The notes under the pieces: model-generated
Databases searched by the model: none
What the model saw: only the letters and a program-made list of their open reading frames with translations
Told to the model about the DNA's origin: nothing
Translations under genes and position numbers: made by a program
Part shown: piece after piece, positions 1 through 12,959 of the stretch
Layout of the letters: the number at the start of each line of letters is the position of its first letter
How positions within the stretch are numbered: the stretch's first letter is position 1
From: Heptranchias perlo
Taxonomy: Eukaryota
Length of the DNA stretch: 64,000 bases
Assembly: GCF_035084215.1 (NCBI RefSeq)
Contig: NC_090326.1
Location: 92,690,001 to 92,754,000 of the forward strand
Direction of reading: 5' to 3'

Positions 1-834
1 TTACCTATACTTCACTAAACGAAATCATGCCTATTTCACTAATATCTGCCAAAAAGTAACTGCAAATCTGAAGGCAGTCTTGGTAATGGTATTTTAAACA
101 TACTTGTGCCAGCAAATGCATGAACTGATTACTGATGATGTAATTACTTCAGCATTCGAAATTAACTGCAATCCAACTTTCTTTCAGAGTAATATAATAT
201 GACAGTTTGGTTTCGATGGTCTACAGGCAGCAGGACGAAGAATGAAGTACAGAATTATGGTTAGGGAAAGACAGGAAGTTTGACCAAGAAAATGTCAATT
301 ACATTCTGTGTAAGAATTCATGTTTTGTTTCTGATAAGTAAACGTTGTAACTAGGTCAATAGTAAAATACATTTTATCTTCTGTTTGTGCAATAAACCCT
401 CTCAAATACTTTTATTTTAAAAGATAGCTGCAGCCACACAAAAGCAGGTGTAGAGTGATCTTTTGCCAGATTCGTGGTAGGGAGGGGGGGAATTCTCCCA
501 GATCTGCAAGACAGTCCATTAATAGTTTCAGTAGATAACAATTTCTTGAAAAAGGGTGACTGCATAGTAGCATGTGACTTCTCCAGACATCTGCCTCACC
601 ATGGAAATGATCCCATTCCTGCAGCAGAGGCTTATCTAAGGAAGCCAATAGTTTAAGGAAGTACTTTGTTATAGTACTTTTTTCTTAAAAAGTAAAATAT
701 ATTGGTTGACTTGTGGGCATGAAGAACATATCTCCTGATATTGTAGGCACTACAGTAAAGATTCACTACATGCATTTAGAAAATGGGAATAAAAATGGTT
801 TTAAAATGAAAAATAGGAATATTGCTGTTTGCAA

Positions 835-1035
835 AATGAAAACAAAAAATGAAGGAAATCCACAGTAGGTTAGTTAGCATGGGGAAAGCTATAGGTTAAT
901 ATTTCAGATGTAGCTCTTTGGTTCTGTTGAAAGGTTTCATTGAAAATGTAAACCTATCTTTCACTCTTGAGCACTGATTGGCCTGCTGTCCAAATTCTCA
1001 TTTTATTTTAGACTTCCAATATTTTCAGTCTTGCT
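835..1035. repeat. Degenerate palindromic repeat, probably Penelope-derived
   Basis: Arms AAAATGAAAACAAAAAATG...GGTTAATATTTCAG and GAAAATGTAAACCTATC...GGCCTGCTG...ATTTTAGACTTCC form an imperfect inverted repeat; related pieces occur at about 5567-5645, 9087-9141 and 50240-50395. Confidence 0.4.
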
Positions 1036-1079
1036 ATTTATCTCCACTGTTTCCCCAGCACTTCTCTAGCAGTACATAC

Positions 1080-1195
1080 CAAAGCTGACTTCTCCTCTGC
1101 CACCCGTGTCAAACAGCTGGAAAGCAACAATGTATAAGGCATCTGGTGCACGCAAAACAGACTCAAATGCAAGAAATTCTTGAAAGGAGATCAAC
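1080..1195 (-). CDS. SLC25A13: Aspartate/glutamate carrier (citrin-like) coding exon, equivalent to human exon 4 (end of EF-hand 2, EF-hand 3)
   Basis: Minus strand reads tttgcag|G TTG ATC TCC TTT CAA GAA ... AGC TTT G|gtatgt = (G)[38 protein letters not shown]. Human citrin has [38 protein letters not shown]. 116 bp, canonical AG/GT, phase-compatible with the 143-bp exon. Confidence 0.93.
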
Positions 1196-1678
1196 CTGCA
1201 AATACGAAGTAGACTATGTTATTGCAATACAAATGAGGGCCAAATCCTTAAATAGAATATTGCATCACTGTCTGCAGTGCTTCAAGTCTTAGAAAATGAG
1301 GCAAGCCCACAGGAGGAACGTATTACCTTGCAAAGATTCCAGGACCTGGACTGCAGTTTAACTAAGTGTTACAGTAAAAATCCCTTTTGGCTTTAAAAAG
1401 CCAATAAAAATGAAGTGAATTTTAATTTATGCAGAAACCGGCTGTTATGCAGTAGACATGTACATTATTAGTGAATGATTGAGATGTGCCTACGGTGGCA
1501 GTGTGCACCCGTATTTAAATTAGGGAACCTTCCCGACTCTGGATATTTCAGCAGAAGAGATTCCCAGGAGGCAGATCCCAGCACTTCTGCCAGGATCTTC
1601 TAGAAATTTCATGAAGTCAAAACGTAACAGTACACAGTAACATAGCTACTAGGAAGATCAAAACGTATTGCCATATCA

Positions 1679-2278
1679 GGGCCCCAGTTTTCCTCTCCCC
1701 ATCCCCTTCACTCAGTCATAAGTCAGGCAGACTTCAGCAGAACTCAGCCTTTTTTCCAGGTTCCGGTCATATAGACTTTAAGCAGATAGGACTACCATCT
1801 GGGAATTAGCACACACACCAGATCATTGACAGAAGTTGTGGCTGCCGCAGACCTCAAGGGCCTATTACAGTGCAAATTCCAGCAGTTTTGGGGCCATTCA
1901 GCTGATTTCAGAACCCGTAGAGGAGTTTTGCTGCATCGTGGAAGGTTAACAGAAACAAAAAATCTTACCTGAAAAGGCAGCCTCGCAATCTCTAATGCCC
2001 AGTTTCCTTGGGAACTATTCTTTTCTGGCATCCATTGGGTGGGGACCCGAAAATGACATGGCGGGGGGGCATGACTACTTCACTCCCATGTCATGTGTAT
2101 GTAAATGCACCTGCTCGTTTCAGGTGGGAGCTCCCTGTCCAGGCTGAGGACACCCAGGAAATGTGCATCTTGCATAAAAGGGGCAGAGACCTGGCATTTC
2201 AGGTCTCCGAACCATTTTCCTTTGCCTAATGTCCTGGAAGCTGGCGCACAGAGGGCATTAGGCAGAGGAAAATCGACC
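1679..2278. mobile_element. Putative MITE (Harbinger-like ends)
   Basis: Left end GGGCCCCAGTTTTCCTCTCC; right end GGCAGAGGAAAATCGACC, an imperfect inverted repeat; GC-richer than the flanks. Confidence 0.35.
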
Positions 2279-2527
2279 ACCATCTGCCAAAGATTTTTAA
2301 ACTGGGGTTTCCTGAAGTTTCCTAGATTTCTGTGTTTGTTTACTTACTAACATTATTTTTTCTGTAATTACAAAAAGTATTTTCTGCAATGACAGCACTA
2401 TTTTCCTATGGGCAGCCTTTCAGAAGTTAGGACATGGGGTCCTTGGGAGTGACACAAAGTTTGCAGGGGTTTCCTACACAGTAAAGTCTGTTACATCAAG
2501 AAAAGAAAATGTCTATGAACTTTTTAG

Positions 2528-3204
2528 TACTGATTTATTACTAATCAATTGAAAATTTTAAAATTACACTGTCACTTAAAACCAAAATAGCATGCTAGTT
2601 CAACAGATACAAAAAAAAGCATTTTTTAAAACCAGAACAAAATACTGAATGTGCAAAGGAGTGAAGGTATGAGAATGTTTTCCTCCAGAATACTGCCAAA
2701 GCTACATTACTCATAGCTACGTAAATAAATCAAAATAATTCTTCCCAAAAGAACTGTGTATAAAGCAAGCAGTTTGTTCATCTGGAAATTAGTTCCATTT
2801 CTTCCTAATAGTTTCTGTAATAATCCATTTCAATTTCAGTTAAAAGCTACATCTTAGTTCAGCCAACACCCTTTCATCTGTGCAAATCTGATGGTGGTGG
2901 GGGGTCAGAGGGGCAATGTTACTCTCCCTTCTAATTAAGGCAGGGACCTCAGGCTATAGTACATGATACCATCAGCCTACTTACTAAATTTGATGCAAAT
3001 CAGCCAAAACAATTTCAAGCTGAGACAATGTACACACCACAAAAAAAAAAGTCAATGATTTTGTGTTTCACCAGAACAGAGCTTTTAAGCAAGGGATCGA
3101 TAAAAAGACACGGAATTTACATACTGAATTTATTTCTAATCAATTAAAAATGTTAAAATTACACAGTGTCACTTAAAACCAAAATAGCATGCTATTTCAT
3201 CAGA
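2528..3204 (+). repeat. Imperfect ~80-bp direct repeat pair (2528-2607 and 3122-3204)
   Basis: TACTGA(A)TTTATT.CTAATCAATT.AAAAT.TTAAAATTACAC..GTCACTTAAAACCAAAATAGCATGCTA occurs twice. Confidence 0.85.
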
Positions 3205-4129
3205 ACAAAATCTAAAGACTACAGCTCTAAAACATAGTGGTCAGATGCTGAATCCAATCCACATCTCCCCTCACACAGCAATTTATGCTGAACCAAGAGT
3301 AGGTACTTGCCTACTGAAAAAAGGAAGACAAAAAAGGGAACAAGTGCCCAACTGCTCCTGTACCCTTCTAGTCACTAGCTAAAGGTGGTAATGGCAAAAG
3401 CCTGACCTCTCATCAGGGCCTGAGATGAGTCGGGGTGCAAAAAAACTGCTCATTGGTGAAATAATGTCTGTTGGAAGTCCACTAATGCTGTATTTATATA
3501 ACAGTGCTGCCACTGCAGAAAGCACCCACTCCCTCCAGCAGCAGCACCACAATATAAATTAGATGGAGGTAGTGCCTCCAGCGTCATGGTTATCCACCTC
3601 TTGAGGTGGATTTTCCCTGCATCACTAGGGGCAAAGCCAAATTAGTGGCAAACAAGCTGCCACCGCTTACCAAGGGCAGGCTGCAGCACTTTAAGTATTA
3701 TTAGACTGTATGGGTCTTCCCCAACTTCGAGAGCCAGTAAATTAAAACAGGACAAATTCAGAGCAACAATGACCATAACATACCGTGGAACCACTTTGAA
3801 GCCTTTCTGCAATTTACACATGCCATAAAAGTCAGTTTACAGAGTTGGCAAGCTACTGTCAATGAGAAGATGAGAGACCATATAGCACAACATTGTAAGT
3901 TCTCTCCTTCCCAACCCAAAGTAATAGAGAGGAAGTATTAAACATAACCTATTGGAAAGTGTTAATGTGAACGATCAGATTAATGTGCTTTTCTACCTTT
4001 AGATGGAATCAGACCAACCATTCAGTGCAATATGTAAAACTGGTAACTTTCCAAAAGGATCAGGCTTATTTACTTCAAGTGGTCTTCACAGTATTCATTA
4101 TTTCTTAACCTGTAATCAACGGGTTAACT

Positions 4130-5395
4130 AACAGAAGGATGGAAACAGAATCCACCTGGATTGAAATAAAAGATAAGGAGGGATAGATCACGCTAACAGT
4201 GGAAAGGAGGCAGAGGAAGAAATATGTAAGCAAATATAAGAAATGAGTAAAGGGCATAGAATAATAATCATGGGAGATTTTAACTACACCCAAATAAACT
4301 GGCAAGAGGTAGGTAAAAGGGTACAGGGAATGGAGTTTTTACAATTTGTGCAGGACTCCTTTTTAACCCAGTATGTAACAAGCCCAAGAAAGGAATCACT
4401 GCTGGATCCAGTAATGGGAAATGAACCATAACAGATAAGAGAAGTAAGCACAGGGAAACATCTAGGCAATAGTGATCACAACATAATAAGGTTTAAGATA
4501 AAGACTGAGAAGGACATAAGTAAGACAAGACCAAAGTAATAAATGGGAAAAAAGATGAATTTGAGGGGATGAGAATGGAACAAGGGAAAATAAACTGGAG
4601 AAATATACTGACAAACAAAGAAATAGAACAGCATTGGGAAACATTTAAAATGGTGATCAAGAGAGTCGAGGAGAAATATTTCCCACTAAAAGGCAAGAAC
4701 AAACTAGCCAGTAATGATACACCATGGATGAATGAAGAAATAAGGGCAAAACTGAAACTAAAGAAAAAGGCATACACTAAGTACATAGACAACAAAGGAG
4801 AGGATAACAATAGGGAATACAAAAAGGTTAGGAAATAAGTTAAAAAAATTAGGAAGGCAAAAAGAAACCACAAAATTAAATTATCAAGGAAAATCAAAAA
4901 ATAGTAAAGTATTCCACAAACACAAACAACAAAAGAAAAATCAGGATAGGGATAGGGCTACTAAGGGATATACACGATAAACTCAGGCAATGACAGCAAA
5001 ATGGCAGAAGTATTAAATAATTACTTTGCTCCAGTATTTACCAGGGAGACTAACAAGGTGGGCATGACATTAGAAGATGACATTGAAAAAGATATAAAAA
5101 CATTTAAGATAGAAAGGGGGGAGATAATTGGTAAACTAATCAAAAATAGAGGGGATAAAACCCCAGGGCCAGATGGATTGCAGAAGACGTTAGGGAAGAG
5201 ATAGCAGATACACTGTTACATAGATATAAAAATTAATTGGAAAAGGGAACAGTGTCAGAGGACTGGCAGACAGCTAATGTGATTCCTATATTTAAAAAGG
5301 CAGATAGAACAAGTCCAGGGAACTATAGATCAATTAGCTTAACGACGGTAGGAAAAATAATGGAATCCATACTCAAAAACGTAATAGAAAAACAT
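4130..5395 (+). mobile_element. CR1 LINE fragment (endonuclease to start of RT), decayed
   Basis: ORF pieces IIIMGDFNYTQINW, TPWMNEEIRAKL, AEVLNNYFAPVFT, KTPGPDG, WQTANVIPIFKK.DR.SPGNYR with frameshifts. Confidence 0.9.
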
Positions 5396-6240
5396 TATAG
5401 TTGGTACAGCACAGGAGGAGGCCAAATCGGCACATCATGCTTGTGCTGGCTCTTTGAAAGAACAATCCAGTTAGTCCCACTCCCCCACCCTTCTCACTTC
5501 ACACTTCTCTGCGTTAAATTTAATTTGCTACGTGTCTGCTCATTTCAGTCTGTTTCTGACCTCCTGAAATAAAAACAGAAAATGCTGGTAAAGCTCAGCA
5601 AGTCAAGGACCATCCCATGAAGAAACAGAGCCAATGCTTCAGTCTTCGCCGGAGAGAAGAGCAGAACTTCTTCAAGGTGGACATTCCTGGAAGAGAAGTG
5701 GCAGTGAGGTGTCTCTGGGATGCTTTCACAAAGGTGAAGAATAAAAATTCCTGCCTAAAACACAAGTGGACTGTTTTGTTCCCACCATTTCTGGTACACA
5801 GTCAAATCTTTCCTCAGCATTGAGAGATATTGTACACATGCAGTCAATGGTTCTGAATAGGACTTCATTACTGGAATGATTTTAATTATACAGTACTTGC
5901 AAATACATAACAGAACAAGATTGGTAATAATAGTATTCTGGATTTTTTTGTAGCAATTAGATCTTTTGTAAACAGCAAAAACATAACAGTTGATAATATT
6001 GGTAAATGTATATTCTTACAATGTTCAGAGAGTTGAGTTGGATTTAAACTTACCAGTTATTTAATAATGAGAATATTAGTTACAATATTTTGAAAGAACC
6101 TCCACATTTTGGAACGTATATTGTCCTGAAATATAGTACAACCTGTTGACCACTAAAGAATGGATCACATAGCTTCAACTGCTTACTGTCAAAAACGTGG
6201 GGCCAATCCCCAGTTGTATTCTGGTGGCAAAAGTTGTAAA

Positions 6241-7357
6241 ATCATAGAATGGTTACAGCACAGAAGGAGGCCATTCGGCCCGTCAAGCCTGTGCCGGGTC
6301 TCTGCAAGAGCAATACAGCTAGTCCCATGCCCCCGCCCTTTCCCCGTAGTCCTGCAATTTTTTTTCCTTCATGCACCTATCCAATCCCCTTTTGAACGCC
6401 ACGAATGAATCTGCCTCTACAGTCCTTTCAGGCAGTGCATTCCAGATAATAACCACTCGTTGCGTTAAAAAGTTTTTCCTCATGTTGCCTTTGATTCTTT
6501 TGCCAATCACCATAAATCTGTGTCCTCTGGATAACGACCCTTCCGCCAATAGGAACAGTTTTTCTCTATCTACTCTGTCTAGACCCCTCATGATTTTGAA
6601 CATTTCTATCAAATCTTCTCTCAACCTTCTCTGCTCTAAGGAGAACAGCCCCAGCTTCTCCAGTCTATCCACGTAACTGAAGTCCTTCATCCCTGGAACC
6701 ATTCTAGTAAATCTTTTCTGCAGCCTCTCTAAGGCCTTCATATCTTTCCAAAAGTGGGGTGCCCAGAATTGGACACACTACTCCAGTTGTGGCCGAACCA
6801 GTGTTTTATACAGATTTATCATAACTTCCTTGCTTTTGTACTCTATCCCTCTATTTATAAAGTCCAGGATCCCATATGCTTTTTTTAAAATCACTTTCTC
6901 AACCTGCCCTGCCACCTTCAACGACCTGTGCACATATACCCCCAGGTCTCTCTGTTCCTGCATCCCCTTTAGAATTGTACCCTTTAGTTTATATTGCCTC
7001 TCCTCGTTCTTCCTACCAAAATGTATCACTTCGCACTTCTCTGCGTTAAATTTCATCCACCACGTGTCCGCCCATGCCACCAGCCTGTCTACGTCCTCTT
7101 GAAGTCTATCACTGTCTTCCTCACTGTTCACTACACTTCCAAGTTTTGTGTCATCTGCGAATTTGGAAATTGTGCCCTGTACACCCAAGTCCCAGTCATT
7201 AATATATATCAAGAAAAGCAGTGGTCCTAGTACCGACCCCGGGGAATACCACTGTATACCTCCCTCCAGTCCGAGAAACAACCGATCACCACTGCTCTCT
7301 GTTGCGTGTCACTTAGCCAATTTTGTATCCATGGTGCCACTGCCCCTTTTATTCCAT
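6241..7357 (-). mobile_element. CR1 LINE 3' portion
   Basis: GSVLGPLLFLIYIND...SKFADDTKLG and ALERLQKRFTRMVPG...WNALP, followed by a CR1 3' UTR ending ATTCTATGAT. Confidence 0.95.
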
Positions 7358-7459
7358 GGGGAACAAATGAACGCATTCTGGGGGGAAAAAACTGCTCTGA
7401 AATGGGTAGGTGTGGGATGTGTGCACAATAGCCATACACTGATTGATAAGGTAAGTATC

Positions 7460-8360
7460 TTTTGCTGATGACACCAAATTAAGTAGCATGGTAAAAAGTA
7501 CAGATGGAGCAGAAAGCTGCAAAGGGACATTGATAGATTAAGTGAGTAGACAAAACTGTGGCATATGGAGTTCAATGAGGAAAAGTGTGAGATCATCCAC
7601 TTTGGACCTAAGAAAGATAGATCAGAGTATTTTCTAAATGGTGAGAAGCTAGGAACTGTGGATGAGCAGAGAGATTTAGCAGTCCAAGTACAGAAATCAA
7701 TAAAAGCTAGTCGACAGGTATATTAAAAAAATTTAAAAGGCTAATGGAATGGCCTTGATCTCAAAAGGGCTGGAATACAAAGTGGTGGAAATATTATAGC
7801 TGTACAAAGCTCTGGTTAAGAGCCTGTTTAGAGTACAGCATTCAGTTCTGGGCACTGCACCTCAGGGAGGATGTATTGGCCTTGGAGGGAGTGCAGCGCA
7901 GATTCAACAGAATGATACCGGGGCTAAAAGGGTTAAATTATGAGGTCATGTTGCATAGACTAGAATATAGAAGATTAAGGGGTGATCTAATTGAAGTGTT
8001 TAAGATGATTAAAAGATTTGATAGGGTAGAGAGAAACTATTTCCTCTGGTGGGAGAGTCCAGAACAAGGGGCATAACCTTAAAATTAGAACTAGGCCATT
8101 CAGAGGTGATGTCAGAAAGCACTTAGTCACACAAAGGGTAGTGGAAATCTGGAACTCTCTCCCCCAAAAAGCTGTTGAGGCTAGGTCAAATGAAAATTTC
8201 AAAACTGAGGTTGATAGATTTTTGTTAGGCAAGGGTATTAAGGGTTACAGAACCAAGGCGGGTAGATGGAGTAAGATACGGATCAGCCATGATCTAATTG
8301 AATGGCAGAACAGGCTCAAGGGGCTGAACGGCCTACTTCTTTTCCTATGTTCCTTCTTAT
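7460..8360 (+). mobile_element. CR1 LINE 3' portion
   Basis: TTTGCTGATGACACC (FADDT), ALEGVQRRFNRMIPGL, IWNSLPQKAVEA, and a tail TTCCTATGTTCC. Confidence 0.92.
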
Positions 8361-9183
8361 GCAAGTAGAAACTCCGACAATATCTAATTAAATCAGACCC
8401 AGTCACTCACTGGTTCCCCTTCAAAGAGAATGCTACCAGGCTTTTTAAAGTCACCAGCCCTTCCTAGTCATGACTGAAGTGGCATTGTGCCTCCCCATTT
8501 GAACTACAATATCAACAGATCTCCTTTTGAAAATAAAGGATTTTTTTTTCCTAACCACCCTTTAATTTTTTGTAATTATCTTAAATCTGTGCCCTCTCAT
8601 TATTTTCTTGCAACCAGTGGAAACAAACAATCACTATAGCCCTTCATAATCTTGAAGACCTCCATCAGGTCACCCTGAATTTACTCAGTACTGGCCATAT
8701 AGGAAAAGGCCATCTGGTGCATCAACCCTGCCTATCTAGACATAATGCAGTCACGTACACAATTTATCCAGCCCCTGTCAGGTAATCATTTGAGAGAGGC
8801 AAAAAGCAGAGAGAAAATTTGAGGCCAATTTAGGAGAAACTCTGAAATTCCACTCCAACTTCCCACGCAGTCAAGCAAATCTCCAGGACCCGGCAGTAAC
8901 CCATAAATGCTACTATCCACAGCTTATCCTCCATAACTGGAAATGTCTTCCTCTCTCAAGAACTTGTCCATCTCCTTTTTGAAGAGCTGCAGGCAATCCA
9001 TAAACACCACGTGCTTCGGTAATCTGTTCAAGGCCGATAACTCGTGAAATAATGTATTTCCCAACATCTAACCCAATCTTTTGCCTCCAGATGCTGCACG
9101 ACCTGCTGAGTGTTTCCCAACATTTTCGGTTTATATTTCAGAATGTTGTTGTGCTCATTGCTGAGGTCCCAAACTCCGATTTC

Positions 9184-9636
9184 AGTCTTGGCTCAGTGGT
9201 AGCACACTCGCCTCCAAGCCAGAAGGTATGGATTCAAGTCCTACTGCAGAGACTTGAGCACATAATCTCGGCTGACACTTCAGTGCAGTAGTGAGGGAGT
9301 GCTGTATTGTCGGAAATGCTCTCTTCTGAATGACATTCAAATGAGGCCCCATCTGCTCATCCAAGTGGATGTAAAAGTTCCCATGGCATTTTTGAAGAAT
9401 AGCAGGGGAGAACTCCCAGTGTCCTGGCCAACATTTATCCTTCAACCAACATCACTAAAAACAGATCATCTGGTCATTTATCTCATTGCTTTTTGTGGAA
9501 TCCTGTTGTATGCAAATTGGCTGCCGTGTTTACCTACATTATTTCAGTGATAATACTTCAATACTTCATTGGCTGTGAAGCACTTTGGGATGTCCTGAGG
9601 ACATGAAAGGTGTGATATAAATGCAAGTTCTTTCTT
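9184..9636 (+). mobile_element. Full-length tRNA-derived SINE of DeuSINE (SacSINE1/AmnSINE1-like) type with L2-type tail
   Basis: Box A TGGCTCAGTGG, box B GATTCAAGTCC, central body (…GTCCTGGCCAACATTTATCC…ATCTCATTGCT…CAAATTGGCTGCC…), tail GAAAGGTGTGATATAAATGCAAG shared with the L2 3' end at about 23440-23465. The family name is from recall of the consensus. Confidence 0.8.
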
Positions 9637-11034
9637 AATAGTGCAAGTCATGATGGGAAGCCAGGAGACAGAGGGCCAAGGCACTTCTCTTTCACGCTGA
9701 GGAGGAGAGGGGGAATATACTTCAATGAAAGCTGTCTCCAGGCCACCATCAGGGATTCTAATGGCTGGTTTGGAGGCACAATTGGTGGGAAGTTATCCTT
9801 TTAGCTGAAATGGAGACACAGCCTAGAAAGGACCTAAGGTGAGAAAGTTTCCCCCAAATGCTTAGTTTCAAAAACAAAATTTTGTATTCCAACTAAAAGG
9901 GCAATGCTTTACCTTGAAAATACTTCCCAACCATAACATTCCTCTTTAATTGGTAAAAATGAATACAGGACTTGTAATCTTTGTATAATGAAACGGCACA
10001 TCTCGTTGAAAGCAAATTCAAACAAACTACTTTTAAATGTCTGTACTGTTAATTTAGAAGCTTTCTAAAACAAAGTATAAGCCCCACTACCAGTATACAA
10101 GTTCCTCCAACTATATTAGAGTCATTTGGTTTTAATTCATGTTTAGAAAATTAAGTCAGTATGTTAAACTCTCAGGATTTGAAACAGCAGCCACATGATC
10201 GTTCCTAATCAAATCAGATTGAGGTTACTGTTTATTACCACACAAGGGCTCATTATTTACCACTATACAGTGAGCTTAAACCAACACGGTACTATTTCAT
10301 TTTTGGCATATACATTTAACAAGTCAGTCTTCCAAATTTAGTTACCTCTACAAACAAATCCTAAAAGTTCTACTTTTAACCACATTATAGATGGCTCACT
10401 AACCTGTTTTAAATTAATCATTTAATTCAATACTTAACATTCAGAAGAATGCATGTTGAGGTATGCAGATAACTTAGAAAAACATAGCTAAAATTTTCTT
10501 GTTCCCTATTGCTACTTAACTGTGGGCATCTCCCTTCAGGTGGGATCATACAGATGAACTTGGCCCACAGACTTGCACAAGACTGCAGATATCAATTTTA
10601 ATTTTTGTATTGAGCCACAACACAATGGCATGGAGCAAGGCAGTCAGATATGGTTTTCCCTCGCACCCTTCAACTTAGTAAACCTCTATATAAATGTTCT
10701 CCTCCAACAACCCCATCCTCAATTTTGTCATCCCAATACATCTACAAATTTTCAGTTAGTGCCCATAAATGCTCATAGCTGCCACTAATCAATAAAACCC
10801 CATATGGGTTGACCCTAAAACCCATCCTAGAACTGAAGACATAAACCCTGGAGCTGCAGAGTTTAGTGTAGTACAACTATTTTATAATATCTCTAACATA
10901 ATGCACTTAAGATTGTGTAGACAGATACGTTATATGACAATCATTTCACCAGAAATTTTAAATTAGGTAGTTAGACAGCTTGAAGTTGAACCAGGACATG
11001 TATGCTAGCCTGGGGCGCAGGGAACTGTTAAATA

Positions 11035-11110
11035 GAATTACATATTACATAGAGTCTACAGCACAGAAACAGGCCATTCGGCCCAACTAGTCTATGCTGG
11101 AGTTTATGTG
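11035..11110 (-). mobile_element. CR1 3'-terminal fragment
   Basis: CATAGAGTCTACAGCACAGAAACAGGCCATTCGGCCC matches the reverse-complemented CR1 3' ends at 6241 and 54600. Confidence 0.7.
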
Positions 11111-11328
11111 GATTGCAAATATCTATGCATTCATTTATTTCTATTCTTCATATTAACTAGTGAATCGTATGTCACATTGCTGACAGGAAGTCTGAGGAAA
11201 TGGTATTTTATAGAAAGTGTAGTGCTGGTGATAGTACGTGAGAAAATATGGTATTTGGGAAGGGTTGTTGGTAATATGGTGATTTAGGAACTGTGTAAAA
11301 GTTGTTTAGGAATTGGGACGGTGAGGTA

Positions 11329-11507
11329 CAACGTAGTTGATGCTTAACTGCCCTTTGAAGTGGCCTAGCAAGCCACTCAGTTGTATCAAACAGCTGCACT
11401 GCAGCAGTTCAAGATGAAGGCCCACCACCATCTTCTCAGGGAAACTAGGGATGGGCAATAAATGCCGGCCTTGCCAGTGACGTCTACTACCTGAGAATGA
11501 ACTTTTT
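11329..11507 (+). mobile_element. Short non-autonomous derivative (SINE) of the tRNA-headed LINE family B, 5'-truncated
   Basis: First half CTTAACTGCCCTTTGAAGTGGCCTAGCAAGCCACTCAGTTGTA matches the 5' body of the LINE at about 16247-16300 (reverse complement). Second half CTGCAGCAGTTCAAG...CACCACCATCTTCTC...GGGCAATAAATGCCGGCCTTGCCAG matches the LINE 3' end at about 21023-21120. Confidence 0.85.
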
Positions 11508-12959
11508 GTTTTAAAGTGCGGACTGGTGAGTAGTTTGGAGACAGCAGTCAGTAGTTGGTGCAGGAAAGAATTGAGGATTCTTGGGGGAAGCGGAGGTAAA
11601 GAATTGAGATGGGGTAGAGAGAGTAGCTGAATGGGTGAGGAGTACTTGAAAGTTGGGATAGTCAGTAATTCAAGTGAGTGATGTGGGGCAGTAAGAATTG
11701 AGTTGGAGAAGTGAACAATTATGGAGGGAAACTTCAGTATGAGGGGGAAGGATAGTAAGTATAGACATAATGAGTAGTTGAGAGGGTTGAAGTGGAGAGG
11801 GAAGCTTAGCAGGATTGAAGTTTGGAACGGGGGGGGGGGGGGGGGGGGGGAGGGTAAATGGGAATTTAGTTGTCAATGGGTAATATGGTAAAATGATAAA
11901 ATGACTAGTTTGGAGATGGGTAGTGGTCAGATAGTGTATATGTGAGGCGGGAGTGCGCATCTGTGTGATAATGTATTCAGGAGTGAGGCGTTGGAAGAGG
12001 TAGAGTGCAGGTTGAGACTTGCTAAATGAATTCAAGCTGCATTCTATGCATTTATTAAATTTATTCCCAGTTGCCTTGTTGCTGAATTCCGTGAATTGAG
12101 GCTGGATTTAGACATGCATTAAATTAAAGCCCAGCTAGTCTGCTGTTGAATTCTATTAGTAGACGCTCCATTGATTTATTGAATTTTAAAACTATATTTT
12201 AACTATATATGCAATTAAATTCACAGAGGAAATCAAAGTTTAAATTCTTGTTTCACAATAGCTCCTGATATTAGAATATAAAATATTATAGTTCAAAATG
12301 AGGATTTCCTCTGATGAATTTTCGATGCATTCCACTCAGAAAATCAGCTATTTTACCTCATTTTCTTTGGGATTAATAAGGATTTGCAGAATCAATGTAA
12401 TTTATCTCTGTACTGGGGCTCCATAGAAACCCAAAAAGACAGCAACTCATCCAGTAGAATATATGAGACTTCTCTGGAATCCTACAATCTCCTGTCTCAT
12501 ACTTTGTTTCAGGGTTTGATAACATTACGCAAGAGAGTGAATTAAATTACTTTTCCTGATTGCAATGTGCGTCATTTGCCGTATATTTAGCACAAGTAGC
12601 CAAACGCTCCAAAGTGCAAATATAAATATCAGGCCACAGAGCAGCAGGATTAAAAGTTTGAAGACTGGGCACAGAACAAAGCTGACTAGTGACAGGACAT
12701 TCACATTCTTGTGGCTGAAAGGAGACTGACCAGCAGGGACAGCACAGAGAAGTGCCAACAAGAATACAGGGTGCAATAAAACCTGGGTTGGGGGGGGGGG
12801 GGAAGGAAAGGGAGAGAGAAAGAGAGATATAAAGATATATAAAATAAAAAAGAATATTAATACAAAAAAAAATTGCCTCACCTCCATTCATGGAGAAACA
12901 TCGGAAAAGACTTCAAATCCAGACGTTCTCTCTCTTCCTTTTAGTGCATGTGGATAAAA

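Noticed and set aside
104-220. Minus-strand segment bounded by CTGTAG and GTATGT, a possible next exon
   Set aside because: All three frames contain stops and none resembles the expected citrin exon 5 (DVKQVFGQTTIH...).
6241-8360. Adjacent inverted CR1 pairs (here and at 36914-39012) as twin-priming products
   Set aside because: Both members carry their own 3' ends, cover overlapping parts of the consensus and belong to different subfamilies, so they are independent insertions.
9184-9250. tRNA gene calls at A/B-box sequences (also 16490-16578)
   Set aside because: No complete cloverleaf is evident and the boxes continue into SINE or LINE bodies.
11829-11855. Long G/C homopolymers (also about 12790, 17434, 20399, 21296 and 43002) as functional G-quadruplex elements
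   Set aside because: Simple-sequence expansions, several inside repeats; no evidence of function, and lengths may be error-prone.
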